The position numbers and the translations under genes were made by a program. Below the pieces are notes generated by a model. That model saw nothing but the letters and a program-made list of their open reading frames with translations, ran no database searches and had not been told where the DNA came from. DNA of 61,975 nucleotides, the filler included, from Aduncisulcus paluster (Eukaryota), in NCBI GenBank assembly GCA_024181965.1. It is 5 parts of 5 records of this genome, joined end to end, with 100 filler letters (N's around TTAATTAATTAA, not from the genome) between each part and the next. Parts side by side here need not be neighbours in the genome. Positions count along the whole stretch, not along the records: positions 36,706 to 46,977 come from BQXS01010818.1; positions 47,078 to 61,975 come from BQXS01010819.1; 3 more parts are not named here. One strand, 5' to 3'. Positions 40,279-50,673 of the stretch are shown one piece after another; position 1 is the first letter of the stretch; each line of letters starts with the position of its first letter.

Positions 40279-41487
40279 ATGGGGAAAAGGAGAAGATATG
40301 AAGACAAATTAGAGGATACAATTAGTAAGTTAGATGAAAATTTATCGAAAGAATCGAAAAAATCAACAGGAAAATCCTCGGAAACCAGCAACTTCAATAA
40401 GTTTTTGGAAACTCTCCAATTTGGAACTATTAAAGCCCCTGATGATTTAGGAACAAAAGAACATGCAGAAAAAGCTGAAAAAAAGGTGTCGAAAGCTCCT
40501 TCTATTCCCTCAAAGAAACCTTATTGTAGTAAGGAACCTCCAATCAATGTTAAACTAATTAAACCTGAAGTTAGAGAAGGATTCAAAGATGCTGGTGAAT
40601 CATTATCTAAATGGAGGAGTGGAAAACTCCCGAAATTGTTATCAAATCTTCCTAAACTTCGTCAGTGGTATACATATTTATATTTAACGAATCCTGATGG
40701 ATGGACTCCTCAAGCGACTGATAAAATAACTTGTCTCATGAAATCATCGTTGGGAGATAAAGATATGAGCATATTTCTTGAGTTTATTATTCTCCCCAAA
40801 GTTCGATTGGATATTCGACAAACTAATAAGATCGGATTTCATTTATTTTCGGCTTTAAAGAATGCCTGTTATCGTCCTCCTGCTTTCATTGAAGGAATTT
40901 TGCTCCCCCTTATCACTGATCCAGAAAGTACACTCAGGGAAGCTTCTTTGATTATATCTGTTCTTCATCATCGATCAATGCCTTCAAGTTATGCTTCGGC
41001 GGTGTTAGAGATACTTTCTCACCGTCCTTACACTGGGTCTCTCTGTCGAGCCATGCTCCTCATCCTCGAGAAGAGGCATGCTCTTGCTTATCCGGCCATT
41101 GATAGTCTTGTTGATTGGTTCGAAGGAACGTCCATAGTTGCAGTTCAAAGAGATAAAGGCACTTCAGACATTGATGATGAAGATGTGGATGAAGGAGAGA
41201 AGAAATTAATCCAAGAAGTTGAGCCTGAGCGAGGTGTTCTGGCTGTAAGTGGAGACATGCATTCTCTGGTGAGATTGCCTCATCTATGGTATAAAACTTT
41301 GCTTGTGTTCGTCCAACACTATAAACATCAACTTACATATCCACAACACGTTAGAGTGTTGAAAGTCGCCAATACTCACAAAAGAGGAGCTATGACTGGT
41401 GAAATCATTCGTGAATTGAAACATGCTAGAGTTCGTGGAGAAAAAGAAACAAAGAAAGAGGAAGATGAAGAAGATCTTTTGATTTAA
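40279..41487 (+). CDS. BYSL: Bystin / Enp1 (40S biogenesis)
   Basis: LSKWRSGKLPK, LTNPDGWTPQA, TLREA, LPHLWYKTLLVFVQHYK, EIIREL. Confidence 0.92.
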   Translation: MGKRRRYEDKLEDTISKLDENLSKESKKSTGKSSETSNFNKFLETLQFGTIKAPDDLGTKEHAEKAEKKVSKAPSIPSKKPYCSKEPPINVKLIKPEVREGFKDAGESLSKWRSGKLPKLLSNLPKLRQWYTYLYLTNPDGWTPQATDKITCLMKSSLGDKDMSIFLEFIILPKVRLDIRQTNKIGFHLFSALKNACYRPPAFIEGILLPLITDPESTLREASLIISVLHHRSMPSSYASAVLEILSHRPYTGSLCRAMLLILEKRHALAYPAIDSLVDWFEGTSIVAVQRDKGTSDIDDEDVDEGEKKLIQEVEPERGVLAVSGDMHSLVRLPHLWYKTLLVFVQHYKHQLTYPQHVRVLKVANTHKRGAMTGEIIRELKHARVRGEKETKKEEDEEDLLI

Positions 41488-41694
41488 AAACTCATAAAAA
41501 ATAATAAATTCATTATGGTGGTCAATATTAAATAATATTTATATTCCTTACAAGATGTGGCATATGGTAGTATGCCGGAATGATATTCATATCGATCAGA
41601 TATAATAAATTGGCTCACCATTAGGAAGTTCTGTTATATTTAACCACACAAGAAAAAAACCTAACTAATTCAATCCTTAAAAAAATTAATAAAT

Positions 41695-41766
41695 CGCCTG
41701 CTACGGGGCTCGAACCCGCGACCGTGCGGTTAAAAGCCGCACGCTCTACCACTGAGCTAAACAGGC
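41695..41766 (-). tRNA. tRNA-Lys(TTT)
   Basis: GCCTGTT/AGCAGGC acceptor, GCTC/GAGC D stem, TGCGG-CTTTTAA-CCGCA anticodon arm, GCGGG-TTCGAGC-CCCGT T arm. Confidence 0.97.
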
Positions 41767-42027
41767 ACATGAAATCTTTTGAAATACGACTATTTGTACT
41801 ATAATTTCCGAAAATATCTAAGATATACACTAAAATCTTTGTAATATTCATTATAATTCTATAATAAAATAGGCTACATCATTAATTTGTTTTGCCACCT
41901 GTTTGATGATTGCTAAATGATTTCGGAGTTTATATGGATGAATTTATTTATAAGACGAACTAGGTTCTCGCTAAATTTTGATCAGATTGATTTTATATTG
42001 TTATATTATCCTGCAGCAGGATTCCTG

Positions 42028-44346
42028 CTATCTTGACGATTCCATCAAGAACTTCTCTACTTCTCTCCCCAAATCGCCTCCTTGAATACGCTGATACATT
42101 GCCTTTGCATCTCGAACACTTCTTATGACAGCTTCAGAAGGAGCAACGAGTCCACGTTCGACGAACATGAGCAACAATTCAGTTCGGGCACGCAGGAAAG
42201 GTTCGACAACAGCCGCAGCTCCACATGAATTGTAGAACGAACCAAGGGCAAATCCCAATGGTTTCACCACTATTCCACCATTCCCTTTTCCAGCATACTG
42301 TCTTGTCTGAACTGTTTGAATGTGAGTGGCGATCGTAGCATCAGTCCCAATTCCGTGTGAATCCAGAAGCGTGACCAATGAGGCAGCATTCATGGCAACC
42401 GGTGGAATTGACGGCGATAACCGGGTGGAAAAAAGTTCATCCAAACGAACATCTTCACCCACATCACCTCGAACCGCAGACAAATCAGGGCCCCGGTCGG
42501 CAGTGCTCCACTGTAATACTTCCATAAAGTTAGGTTCAGTTATTTTCGACGAGTCAGGAGCTCTAAAAAGGGTGAATGGAACAGAGCTGGACGAAGAAGA
42601 AGAATGAGATTCACCACCGATTGTAACCTCGATTCGTCTTCGGATACCCACGGCATCCTTCGACACAGATGCAAGGAATTGGCGGACAACACATTCATAC
42701 ACGCACCGTTGTGTGTAATCTGAGATTGAAGCGAGAGATACACATTTTACAGGATGAATAGGAGGGTGGGACTTGTCATCATTCCTTCCACGACGTGGGA
42801 AAGTAAATCTATTCGAATCTGAGCCAGAAGAGGAGTCTTCAATAACTCGCCCGGACTCAGTGACATCACTACCAGCCGCAGATCCCATCAATTTCCTCGC
42901 ATACTGGTTCCAATCATCATCTCCTTTGCATAGGAGCTTTGTAATCTTCCCAGGAACACTGCGATCCGTCCACAGTTCAGTCTCAGTCCTTGGATACGAT
43001 ATAAGACCATTCATATAGAGTTTCTGAGCAGCTTGCATGATCTGAGCAGGGGCCAGACGTCGCTTGCTAACAGTTTTCTGCAATCGAACACTATTCAGAG
43101 GAACTGGACGTGAAACACGATATTCAGTGCTTTTTAGTTGCTTAACTTGGCCAAAAACTTGGTCTCGAGGAGCTGATGGAGCCATAGATGGGGTTCTACG
43201 ATGGGAAGAAGAAGATTGCATTGAAGCCTGGATTCTTTGACTTAGAATTTGAACAAACGCATTAGCAGAAGGTACAGATGAGAAGGATTCTCCGATTAGA
43301 CGCATTTCAACAGGGCGTTGACCCTCAATCATCCTTTCACCTCGCTTCACCAAAGTTCTCATTGTAAACACAGCCTTGACATCAGCTCTACCACACCTAG
43401 AGCCATGGGATTCCAGGATTGAGCTTATAAGCTTTGAATGATGATGATGATGCAATAAAAATCCCAGAGTTGGAGTCTGACACGGACCATATGAAAGGAG
43501 TGCTTTTTTCTTTTTAGTTCCAAAGGACGATGAAGAAGATGAACCACTTCCTCCTCCTCGTCCTCTTCCTCTCCCCCTTCCTCTCCCCCTTCCTCTTGCT
43601 GGCGATTCAGACCTTGATCTGGCCCCAGAAGATATGTAGGCGTCGAGAAGTGTTTGGGCATGTGTTCCTTGCATCATGCGTGTTTGCAAACGTGTCACAG
43701 CAGCTCCTGCTCTCAAATCTGTCTCAGAACGCACATCAACAGCGGAGGCTTGAGGGACATCCAACGGGTGAAGAGAACCAATGGATCGACGAATTTCAGA
43801 AGGAGCAAAAGAGGAATATCGAGCTCTTCTTATACGAATCCGACCACCAGTTGCATCAGAACATACTTGAGCAATCTCAGCGCCGATATTTTCTCCCTCT
43901 CTATCACAATCAGGCCAGAGAATGAGTTCAGAACAACTTCTTGCAAGCTTAGCGAGTGATTTTACAATTACTCCCATTCCTTTTCCAGGGATCTTCTGAA
44001 TTGGGGCTTCAAATAGGTCTATTGGGTCACAACCACTCCATCTCTGATGAACAGCTTCTTTAAATTCATTCTCCATAAGATGTCCTGCAACAGAAGTGAA
44101 CATAAATCGTACAATATTCCCATCTAATGATCCGTTGAATACAAAAACAGGATTTCTTTTCGAATAACCTTCAGAAGACTACAAATTACGAACAAATTAC
44201 AAAAAACATAAATTACATAGCCAAAAGCAAATTAGAACCGATAAAAAACAAAAACAACATACTCTTTGGGAATTACCACCAGATAAAATATCACAAACCT
44301 TCTTAGCAACAGAGGGTTTTTCAGCAACACATAACACTTGAGTCAT
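42028..44346 (-). CDS. TOP3: Type IA DNA topoisomerase III (closest to Top3/TOP3A); exons 44346-44263, 44178-42028
   Basis: Spliced N-terminus MTQVLCVAEKPSVAK. Motifs TSVAGHL, DCDREGENIG, catalytic ISYPRTET, HPPIHP, GIGTDAT. Confidence 0.92.
44179..44262 (-). other. Intron (84 nt) in TOP3
   Basis: GTATGT...TAG on the minus strand. Links the TOPRIM VAEKP exon in frame. Confidence 0.9.
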
Positions 44347-44590
44347 TAACTTGTCAGAGGATTAGTTCACTCAAATTGGTAAGACTATTAATATTATTCT
44401 GGTTTTCAAAATAGTAGCGTCTCGAAAAACCGTGTTTCATGCACAATCACGAAGTTTGGATCACTCGATTGGTGGAAAGATGAATATACATAGAAAAAGC
44501 AGAAATTCTTTATTATTTACGTGCGAAAGATGTAAAAAACAAATCTTTATGAAGTCATAACTTGTTCAGCCATATAATATGAGCATCAGC

Positions 44591-45386
44591 TTATTCTGGC
44601 TTTTGGGGGCTGCTGCTTCTCCTTTTCTCTCCGGGTTTCCTCTCAGAGTCAGCAACGACTGAGGCCTCCCCTTCCTCTGCTTCCTTCTCAGTCAATGGCT
44701 TTCCAATTTGTCAGGGGATAAATATGTTTATGACGCATGTAATAATCTTTCTTGACAAGTTTCCCAACGTGAGATTCCCTTACTTCGGTGCTCATAGCCG
44801 TTCTGACCATATCTTCACCCCAAGAATCCATCTTCCCAGTAACACCACGACATCCATGTTCAACGTCAACAAAAGTCATATCATGGGGGAGAATAAGATC
44901 TTCTTTCACAAATAAGAATGCTGATGGAGGTAAGATAGAGAAAGATCGCGGGACTGCATGAGTTTGGAGGGCTTTCATAATAAAGTCTCCAATTGTTTCA
45001 CCTTTCTTAACTGTCACTTCTCCACGGGATCCATGGCCATCGTAAAATGAAAATAAAACGGTTATATCTTTGGATTTTTCTCGTTCAAGCTGTTTCTTGA
45101 AATCTTTTCGCAATTCCATAAGTTTAGCAAGTCTTTCCTCCTCTTTATATCCATTGGGTAAATAATCTGGAATAGAAATATCTCGCAGAGGTTTTGTAAC
45201 ATGAGGCCTTTTATCCACTTTGTGGCCAAGTTTATGAGCTATTGCTTTTGATTTGCGTTTTTTTTGGCTAATTTTAACTTTTATGGGAAATAAATCATCA
45301 TTTCCACCAAATGATGTCATTTTCTTCTTTTGTTTTGTTTTCTTCTTGGTTCGATCATGAGATTGAGATGTCGGCTTGAAATGCAT
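44591..45386 (-). CDS. XAP5: XAP5/FAM50 family protein (C-terminal domain); frame-0 stop at 44688, +1 frame continues to 44591
   Basis: ITVLFSFYDGHGSR, LFVKEDLILPH, ESHVGKLV...HKHIYP..NW. Confidence 0.85.
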
Positions 45387-45677
45387 TAAATTAACGTATA
45401 AAAATAGCGATAAATATAAATATAGTAAGGTATATTAATGATTTTTTGCTAAAAAAATATAATATATTTTCTCCTGCACTATGCAGGTGATCAAATTATC
45501 AAATTCGAATAAACTAACTTGGTTCGATTGAATCGATGATCTCACTCAAACAATGTTAAGATTAGATTAGATCTAATGTTTAGGTTATTTGTAAGGTAAT
45601 GAAACGGCAGTTTTATTGTTGTTTCAAAATTTCTAAGCTCCTTTCAGATGCCAATAAAAAAATTAAAATTAAAATTA

Positions 45678-46977
45678 CTATTTCCTTCCTTTTCCAACAC
45701 CAGGGAGTTTTTTCTTCCCCCTAATTTTCATTCTAGCTCTTCTTCCATGTTCTTGTAAAACCTGTTGTTTCTCCCGACTTGTCCTTTGGCTCTTCTGGAA
45801 CACCTTATTACTTTTAAGAAGCATGAGTTGATGTTTCTTCTTTTCCTTTTGTTTGTTTGTGAGCCCTCCTATCTTCCTATTCCAACGTCTGCTCTTGTGC
45901 TCAACGTCAGCCTTGGAGCTCTCTTGACGTTNNNNNNNNNNNNNNNNNNNNTTCTTGTAAAACCTGTTGTTTCTCCCGACTTGTCCTTTGGCTCTTCTGG
46001 AACACCTTATTACTTTTAAGAAGCATGAGTTGATGTTTCTTCTTTTCCTTTTGTTTGTTTGTGAGCCCTCCTATCTTCCTATTCCAACGTCTGCTCTTGT
46101 GCTCAACGTCAGCCTTGGAGCTCTCTTGACGTTGCTGTGCAGACATCTTGCTTTTGTGGGTATGGTGTAATAAGTCTTCATTCTCAATGCGTTCTTTGTC
46201 AACAACTCCCATCTCCTCATGCTCAATGTGACGACGTTTACCGATAGATTGATTCTTTCGACCGTATTTGGCAACTGCATCCCTCTTGGCAATCAAAAGT
46301 TTGAGCGCACGGTGGTCCTCATCAGTAAGAATTCGATCCATCTCAAGAAAAGATGATGTACTATTTGTGGAGGATTGAGAAGGTTTAATTATAGGAACTT
46401 TCTCAGAACTATCATTATTGGAATCTATTTTTATACTCTTAGACGACTTTTCGCTCTTCCCCTTTGCCTTTACAACTTCTTCCTCCTCTTCTTCCTCCTC
46501 TTCCTCTTCTTGCTCATCTTCCTCTTCTTGCTCATCTTCTTCTTCTTCCTCATCTTCCTCCTCCTCATCTTCCATTTCTTCCAATTCTTCTTCATCTATT
46601 TCTTCCAATTCCTCATATTCTCCATCGCTGTGTTCCTCTTTCTCACCTTCGTCTTCTTTCTCACCTTCTCCTTGAGAATGTTCTTCTTTCTCACCTTCTC
46701 CATGAGAAGAATGGCTATGAGTACTTTTAACCTTTGGAGCATCTTTGGCTCTTCTTCTTTCCTTCTCCCTTTCGATGGCCTCTTCAACCTCTCCTCCCTG
46801 AGCCTCAATCCATTCCTTTCCGGCTTTAATCCTTTTAAGAATCTTTCTCTCTCTCTCAAGCATTTTCTCCCTCTTCTTCCACGACTTGAGTGAGTTGTAC
46901 TGCTCGATAATTCTTGAGCGTTGCTTGTCAAGGGCATTGGTGTCTTGTGACAATAAGAGAGCCTCAAACTCTTCATG
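45678..46977 (-). CDS. SDA1: SDA1 (60S biogenesis) C-terminal part, 5'-truncated and interrupted by an assembly gap
   Basis: Acidic tract, RILTDEDHRALK and LTNKQKEKKKHQLM. After collapsing the duplication it ends ...QEHGRRARMKIRGKKKLPGVGKGRK* at 45678. Confidence 0.8.
45750..46133. repeat. 182-nt duplicate flanking a 20-N gap (unmerged contig overlap)
   Basis: 45750-45931 is identical to 45952-46133, with N20 between. Confidence 0.95.
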
Positions 46978-47077
46978 NNNNNNNNNNNNNNNNNNNNNNN
47001 NNNNNNNNNNNNNNNNNNNNNTTAATTAATTAANNNNNNNNNNNNNNNNNNNNNNNNNNNNNNNNNNNNNNNNNNNN
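46978..47077. other. Artificial contig linker
   Basis: N44-TTAATTAATTAA-N44. Confidence 0.98.
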
Positions 47078-47819
47078 CATCAATCATCCGTTGTGCAGCA
47101 AGTCTCTCCTGTTCGACAATCCTTTCTTGATCCTCCTGAAAACTTCCACCCGAAGAATCACTTTGCTCATTGTCTTGAGAAGGTTTATGATGATGAGATT
47201 TCTGCTCTGAAACTTCCGAACTCTGATCGAGGGTAACTGACCTTGATCCGTATGAAGCAGAGGAGGGCGATTGAGAAGGGGATGATTCTGGATGTTGTTT
47301 AGCATGATGATGAGAAGAGTGAGGATTAGGCCTATGGCGATATGTCGAAGTTTTCGGTTCATATTGATCTTTTTTAGCGATTTTTTGCATTTTTGATTCT
47401 GAATGTGAAATTTGATCGGGTTTGATTCCAGCTTTCAGATGTTTTGATGTTGAGATCGATTGGCTTTCTTTTGATGTATCTTTGGATTTTTTTGAACTAC
47501 TCTTTTGACTAATATGATTATCATGTGAATCTTGTTCACTTTTTTCTTCTTCCTCTTTGCTTGCAGATTCATCTTGCATGATGTCATAAAGAGCACGAAG
47601 AGTAGGGCAAGTTGTTGTTGACAAAGTTAATAGACTCGCCGATTGGTCATGAGAAATGTTTTCAGTATCTTTATCGATTGGAATCGAGATATCTCCTGCT
47701 TTGAAATAGAGAAAATAGTTCATTAGCAATTTCAAATTGCACTAACTTAGTGTACCTTGAAGTTAGGAAATTGGTTTTGAAATGGATGAAAAATAATAAT
47801 ACATACGTTGATTTGGCAT
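47078..47819 (-). CDS. Hypothetical Ser/His-rich protein, spliced near the 5' end, 3'-truncated
   Basis: ATG CCA AAT CAA C|GTATGT at 47819-47801. Acceptor AAG or CAG at 47699/47696, in frame with the ORF running to the contig end. Confidence 0.65.
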
Positions 47820-48188
47820 TATAAGTATATTTTAATTTGTTTTTCCTCAAATAAAATTATTAATAATATTTCTACCCCACAAAAAGATCAAGAAATTAAT
47901 TCTAGTGGCAAAATCAAGCAATATTCACTATAGTAAAAAAAGTTATCAAAATGAATTATCATTGCAATTTGATTTATAGCTATATCAAATTATGTCCTAA
48001 ATATGATAGAGAGTTACAACACTTTGATTCTCCAGCGTGAAATATAAAATTTTATAAATCTCTGACTGAAAAGATGAGCATAATAAGTTAATGTAATTGT
48101 CATTATACCCATCAAACTCTTGAATTCTTACGTTTTGACTTTTTGAATCGAATATTATACATAAAATTTAATTTTCTCATTTCGTAAT

Positions 48189-48272
48189 GCAAGGGTGGCC
48201 GAGTGGTCTAAGGCGTGCGGTTCAGGTCCGCATGGGAATTATCCCGCGCGGGTTCGAATCCCGCCTCTTGCA
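48189..48272 (+). tRNA. tRNA-Leu(CAG)
   Basis: GCAAGGG/CTCTTGC acceptor, TGCGG-TTCAGGT-CCGCA anticodon arm, long variable arm, GCGGG-TTCGAAT-CCCGC, then TTTTT. Confidence 0.97.
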
Positions 48273-48468
48273 TTTTTATTGAATCCAACTAGCATTCACC
48301 ACAACTCTTGAAATTATAAGAAAAAAGGGAAAAGCTTGATGCAAATATATTATTTATTATCGATTGATAATGAAAATATCAGTTGAATGTAAATATGAAA
48401 ATTGAATTGAAAAGCAGAATCTATTCAATAGATCTGTTGGAAAATCTATATTATTTAAGTATAAATAT

Positions 48469-50490
48469 TTATATATCGTATCTGTCTGTGTCCTTGACTT
48501 TTTTCTTTGCTTGTTGGGCATCAATGCTCAACCCCTTCTTGGAGATATAGAACAGGGGTCGAAGGAGAGCAAAAGCTCCCAAAACCACCAACCCAGTACA
48601 AATTACAACCCATGCAGCTCCTGAAGTTAAGGTAGGGACGACGATTACAATAATGAGACAAACATACACTGTGAATGGTATTCCATATCTCAGACTAATA
48701 TTGAATACGAAATGAGAACCATTCCCTTGTATTTCATCCTTGATATGGTTTGAGAGTGTGACGAAATCATCCTTCAACACACTTCTGAATCCTTTATATA
48801 CATCTTTCACGCTACCAGTGTGTTTCATCATCATTGCATGTTTGATTAGATCAACTCCAACATCCCACAAGACACAAGACACAATTCCTGTCATTGCACT
48901 TCGGACAAACGAGAATGAATTGAGTTCCTGGAACTCAGTGATAATCTGAGGAATGCACATACAGACGGAGAGAAGTAATTGCAGATAACTATGACATCTA
49001 TCCTTTCCATCGGCAAGATACTGTTGAAATAATGTCCTAAGACCTCTCTTCTTGAATAAAACCCTCTTGAAATTAGCCCAACGTGTTGTCAGAATGAGTG
49101 ATACGACATTTCCTTGGAATAGAACAATGATAAAACACATTTGTTGAATCATTTGTTCAAGCACATGGACCAAAGAATACACAACCAAAATGACAACGGA
49201 CACAAAAAGGCCAAGAATTGACTTGTAGTGATCGTGCTGAGCCTGATAGAAAGTATCCTGGAGTTGCAGAAGGGAACTCTGGAAACGTTGCTTTGCTCTC
49301 GAAAGAGATTCTTTCCCAGTGCCAGTTGTAGAGGTCGATTCTGCTCTTTCTGCCTTCCGATCTCGTGTGTTCTTCCTGCTTCTCGTGTTTCTTCTTGACT
49401 TTGAAAGTAATCCAAAACGACGAGAAGAACTTGAACTTTTGTAGAGAGAAGGAACCATAAAGGTTTCCAGAAAGTTTTTTTCAAGTTCCGATTCCTCAGA
49501 ATCTATAATTGATGAATCTTCAGACCTTTCTTCCACGTCTTCTTCATCTTCTTCCTCCCCATCACACTCATCCAAGTCATTATTGAACTTTTCATGGAAA
49601 CTTTCTTCAAATTCCACCATTCTCACTTTTCTTCGAACACATCGTTCCCAGCATGCTCTTTCTTTATCCACAGAATGGTACACACCACATACAACATCTT
49701 CTCCGAGGGAGCAGAGCATATGTTCGAATAGTTGAGCCATTCCAAACAATACAAACACTTGAACATGCACCCACGACCGAAGATAATGGAAGAGGGACGA
49801 GTATGTCAGTGAAAATGGAGAGGAACCTGGGAGGAGGATCAAAGGAATTACGAGAACTGGGAGGAAGAGAAGGATGTTTAACATATGGTGGGAAACAGAG
49901 AGTGAGAATGAAGAAAGAGAAAAGGCAGAAGAAGGAGAATTTGGTTTATCTTCATTCTTGGATTTAATAATCTGTTTTTGAAGTTGTTTAGTTACTTTGG
50001 ATTCCCTTCCAAGAGTAATAGCTGAAGTTGTTTTGGTTGTCAAAAGTGGTGCAGTAGCTATAGTAGATGAATTTTCATGTTTTTTTGAAGGTATTGGGTT
50101 GCAGTGTTTCAATTTTTCATCATAATAATTTTTAGCCATTTGCGATTTGTTTTTTCGTTCTTTTTCGATTCTATATTGTTTAATAAGCTCTTTTTCTTGT
50201 TTTTTTCTTGATGTAATCCATTGAAAAAAATGAATTCCAAGTGATACTAATGAATTGAGTAAAAAGAACAAAGACAAAAAGATATATCTTAATAATGCAA
50301 TGGAAAATAAAGATACTATAAATAATATGCTTGGTTCTGAATATTTCATTGCTTCCCAACACGCAGATAAGCGGTTATTGGAGGCTTTTAAATGCGTAAT
50401 ATGTCTTTCTGCCAAAGAAGCCATTTCCTCCTTTTGACATTCTATTTCATTCCCCTTTGTTGAATCAACGCCCAGTTCATGATTTTTCAT
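48469..50490 (-). CDS. TAPT1: TAPT1/Emp65 (DUF747) membrane protein
   Basis: YSSLFHYLR..HVQVFVLF..LFEHMLCSLGEDV, FKRVLFKK..LFQ...DGKDR and VDLIKHAM match DUF747 motifs. Multiple TM segments. Confidence 0.75.
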   Translation of the reverse strand: MKNHELGVDSTKGNEIECQKEEMASLAERHITHLKASNNRLSACWEAMKYSEPSILFIVSLFSIALLRYIFLSLFFLLNSLVSLGIHFFQWITSRKKQEKELIKQYRIEKERKNKSQMAKNYYDEKLKHCNPIPSKKHENSSTIATAPLLTTKTTSAITLGRESKVTKQLQKQIIKSKNEDKPNSPSSAFSLSSFSLSVSHHMLNILLFLPVLVIPLILLPGSSPFSLTYSSLFHYLRSWVHVQVFVLFGMAQLFEHMLCSLGEDVVCGVYHSVDKERACWERCVRRKVRMVEFEESFHEKFNNDLDECDGEEEDEEDVEERSEDSSIIDSEESELEKNFLETFMVPSLYKSSSSSRRFGLLSKSRRNTRSRKNTRDRKAERAESTSTTGTGKESLSRAKQRFQSSLLQLQDTFYQAQHDHYKSILGLFVSVVILVVYSLVHVLEQMIQQMCFIIVLFQGNVVSLILTTRWANFKRVLFKKRGLRTLFQQYLADGKDRCHSYLQLLLSVCMCIPQIITEFQELNSFSFVRSAMTGIVSCVLWDVGVDLIKHAMMMKHTGSVKDVYKGFRSVLKDDFVTLSNHIKDEIQGNGSHFVFNISLRYGIPFTVYVCLIIVIVVPTLTSGAAWVVICTGLVVLGAFALLRPLFYISKKGLSIDAQQAKKKVKDTDRYDI

Positions 50491-50673
50491 CGTTAGAAGC
50501 CAAATTGTAAATCCAATTTTGAGATAGCCCTGATTGATTTTGTGAAAATAATCAATATAATATTTTAATTAAAAATGATCTGAACTACAAATACATTGAT
50601 AAAAATCAAATAGTTGGTGTGATTAAGCACTCTTCCAAAATGAAATCCTGTTTTGCTCGCTTTTGTGAATTAG

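Noticed and set aside
45750..46133. Tandem duplication or truncation of SDA1
   Set aside because: Identical flanks around a 20-N gap are typical of an unmerged scaffold overlap. Collapsing them restores a normal C-terminus.
16061..47077. Recurrent TTAATTAATTAA motif as a biological repeat, or gene-order inferences across it
   Set aside because: It is always embedded in exactly 44+44 Ns and is a six-frame stop spacer added when contigs were concatenated. Adjacency across it is meaningless.
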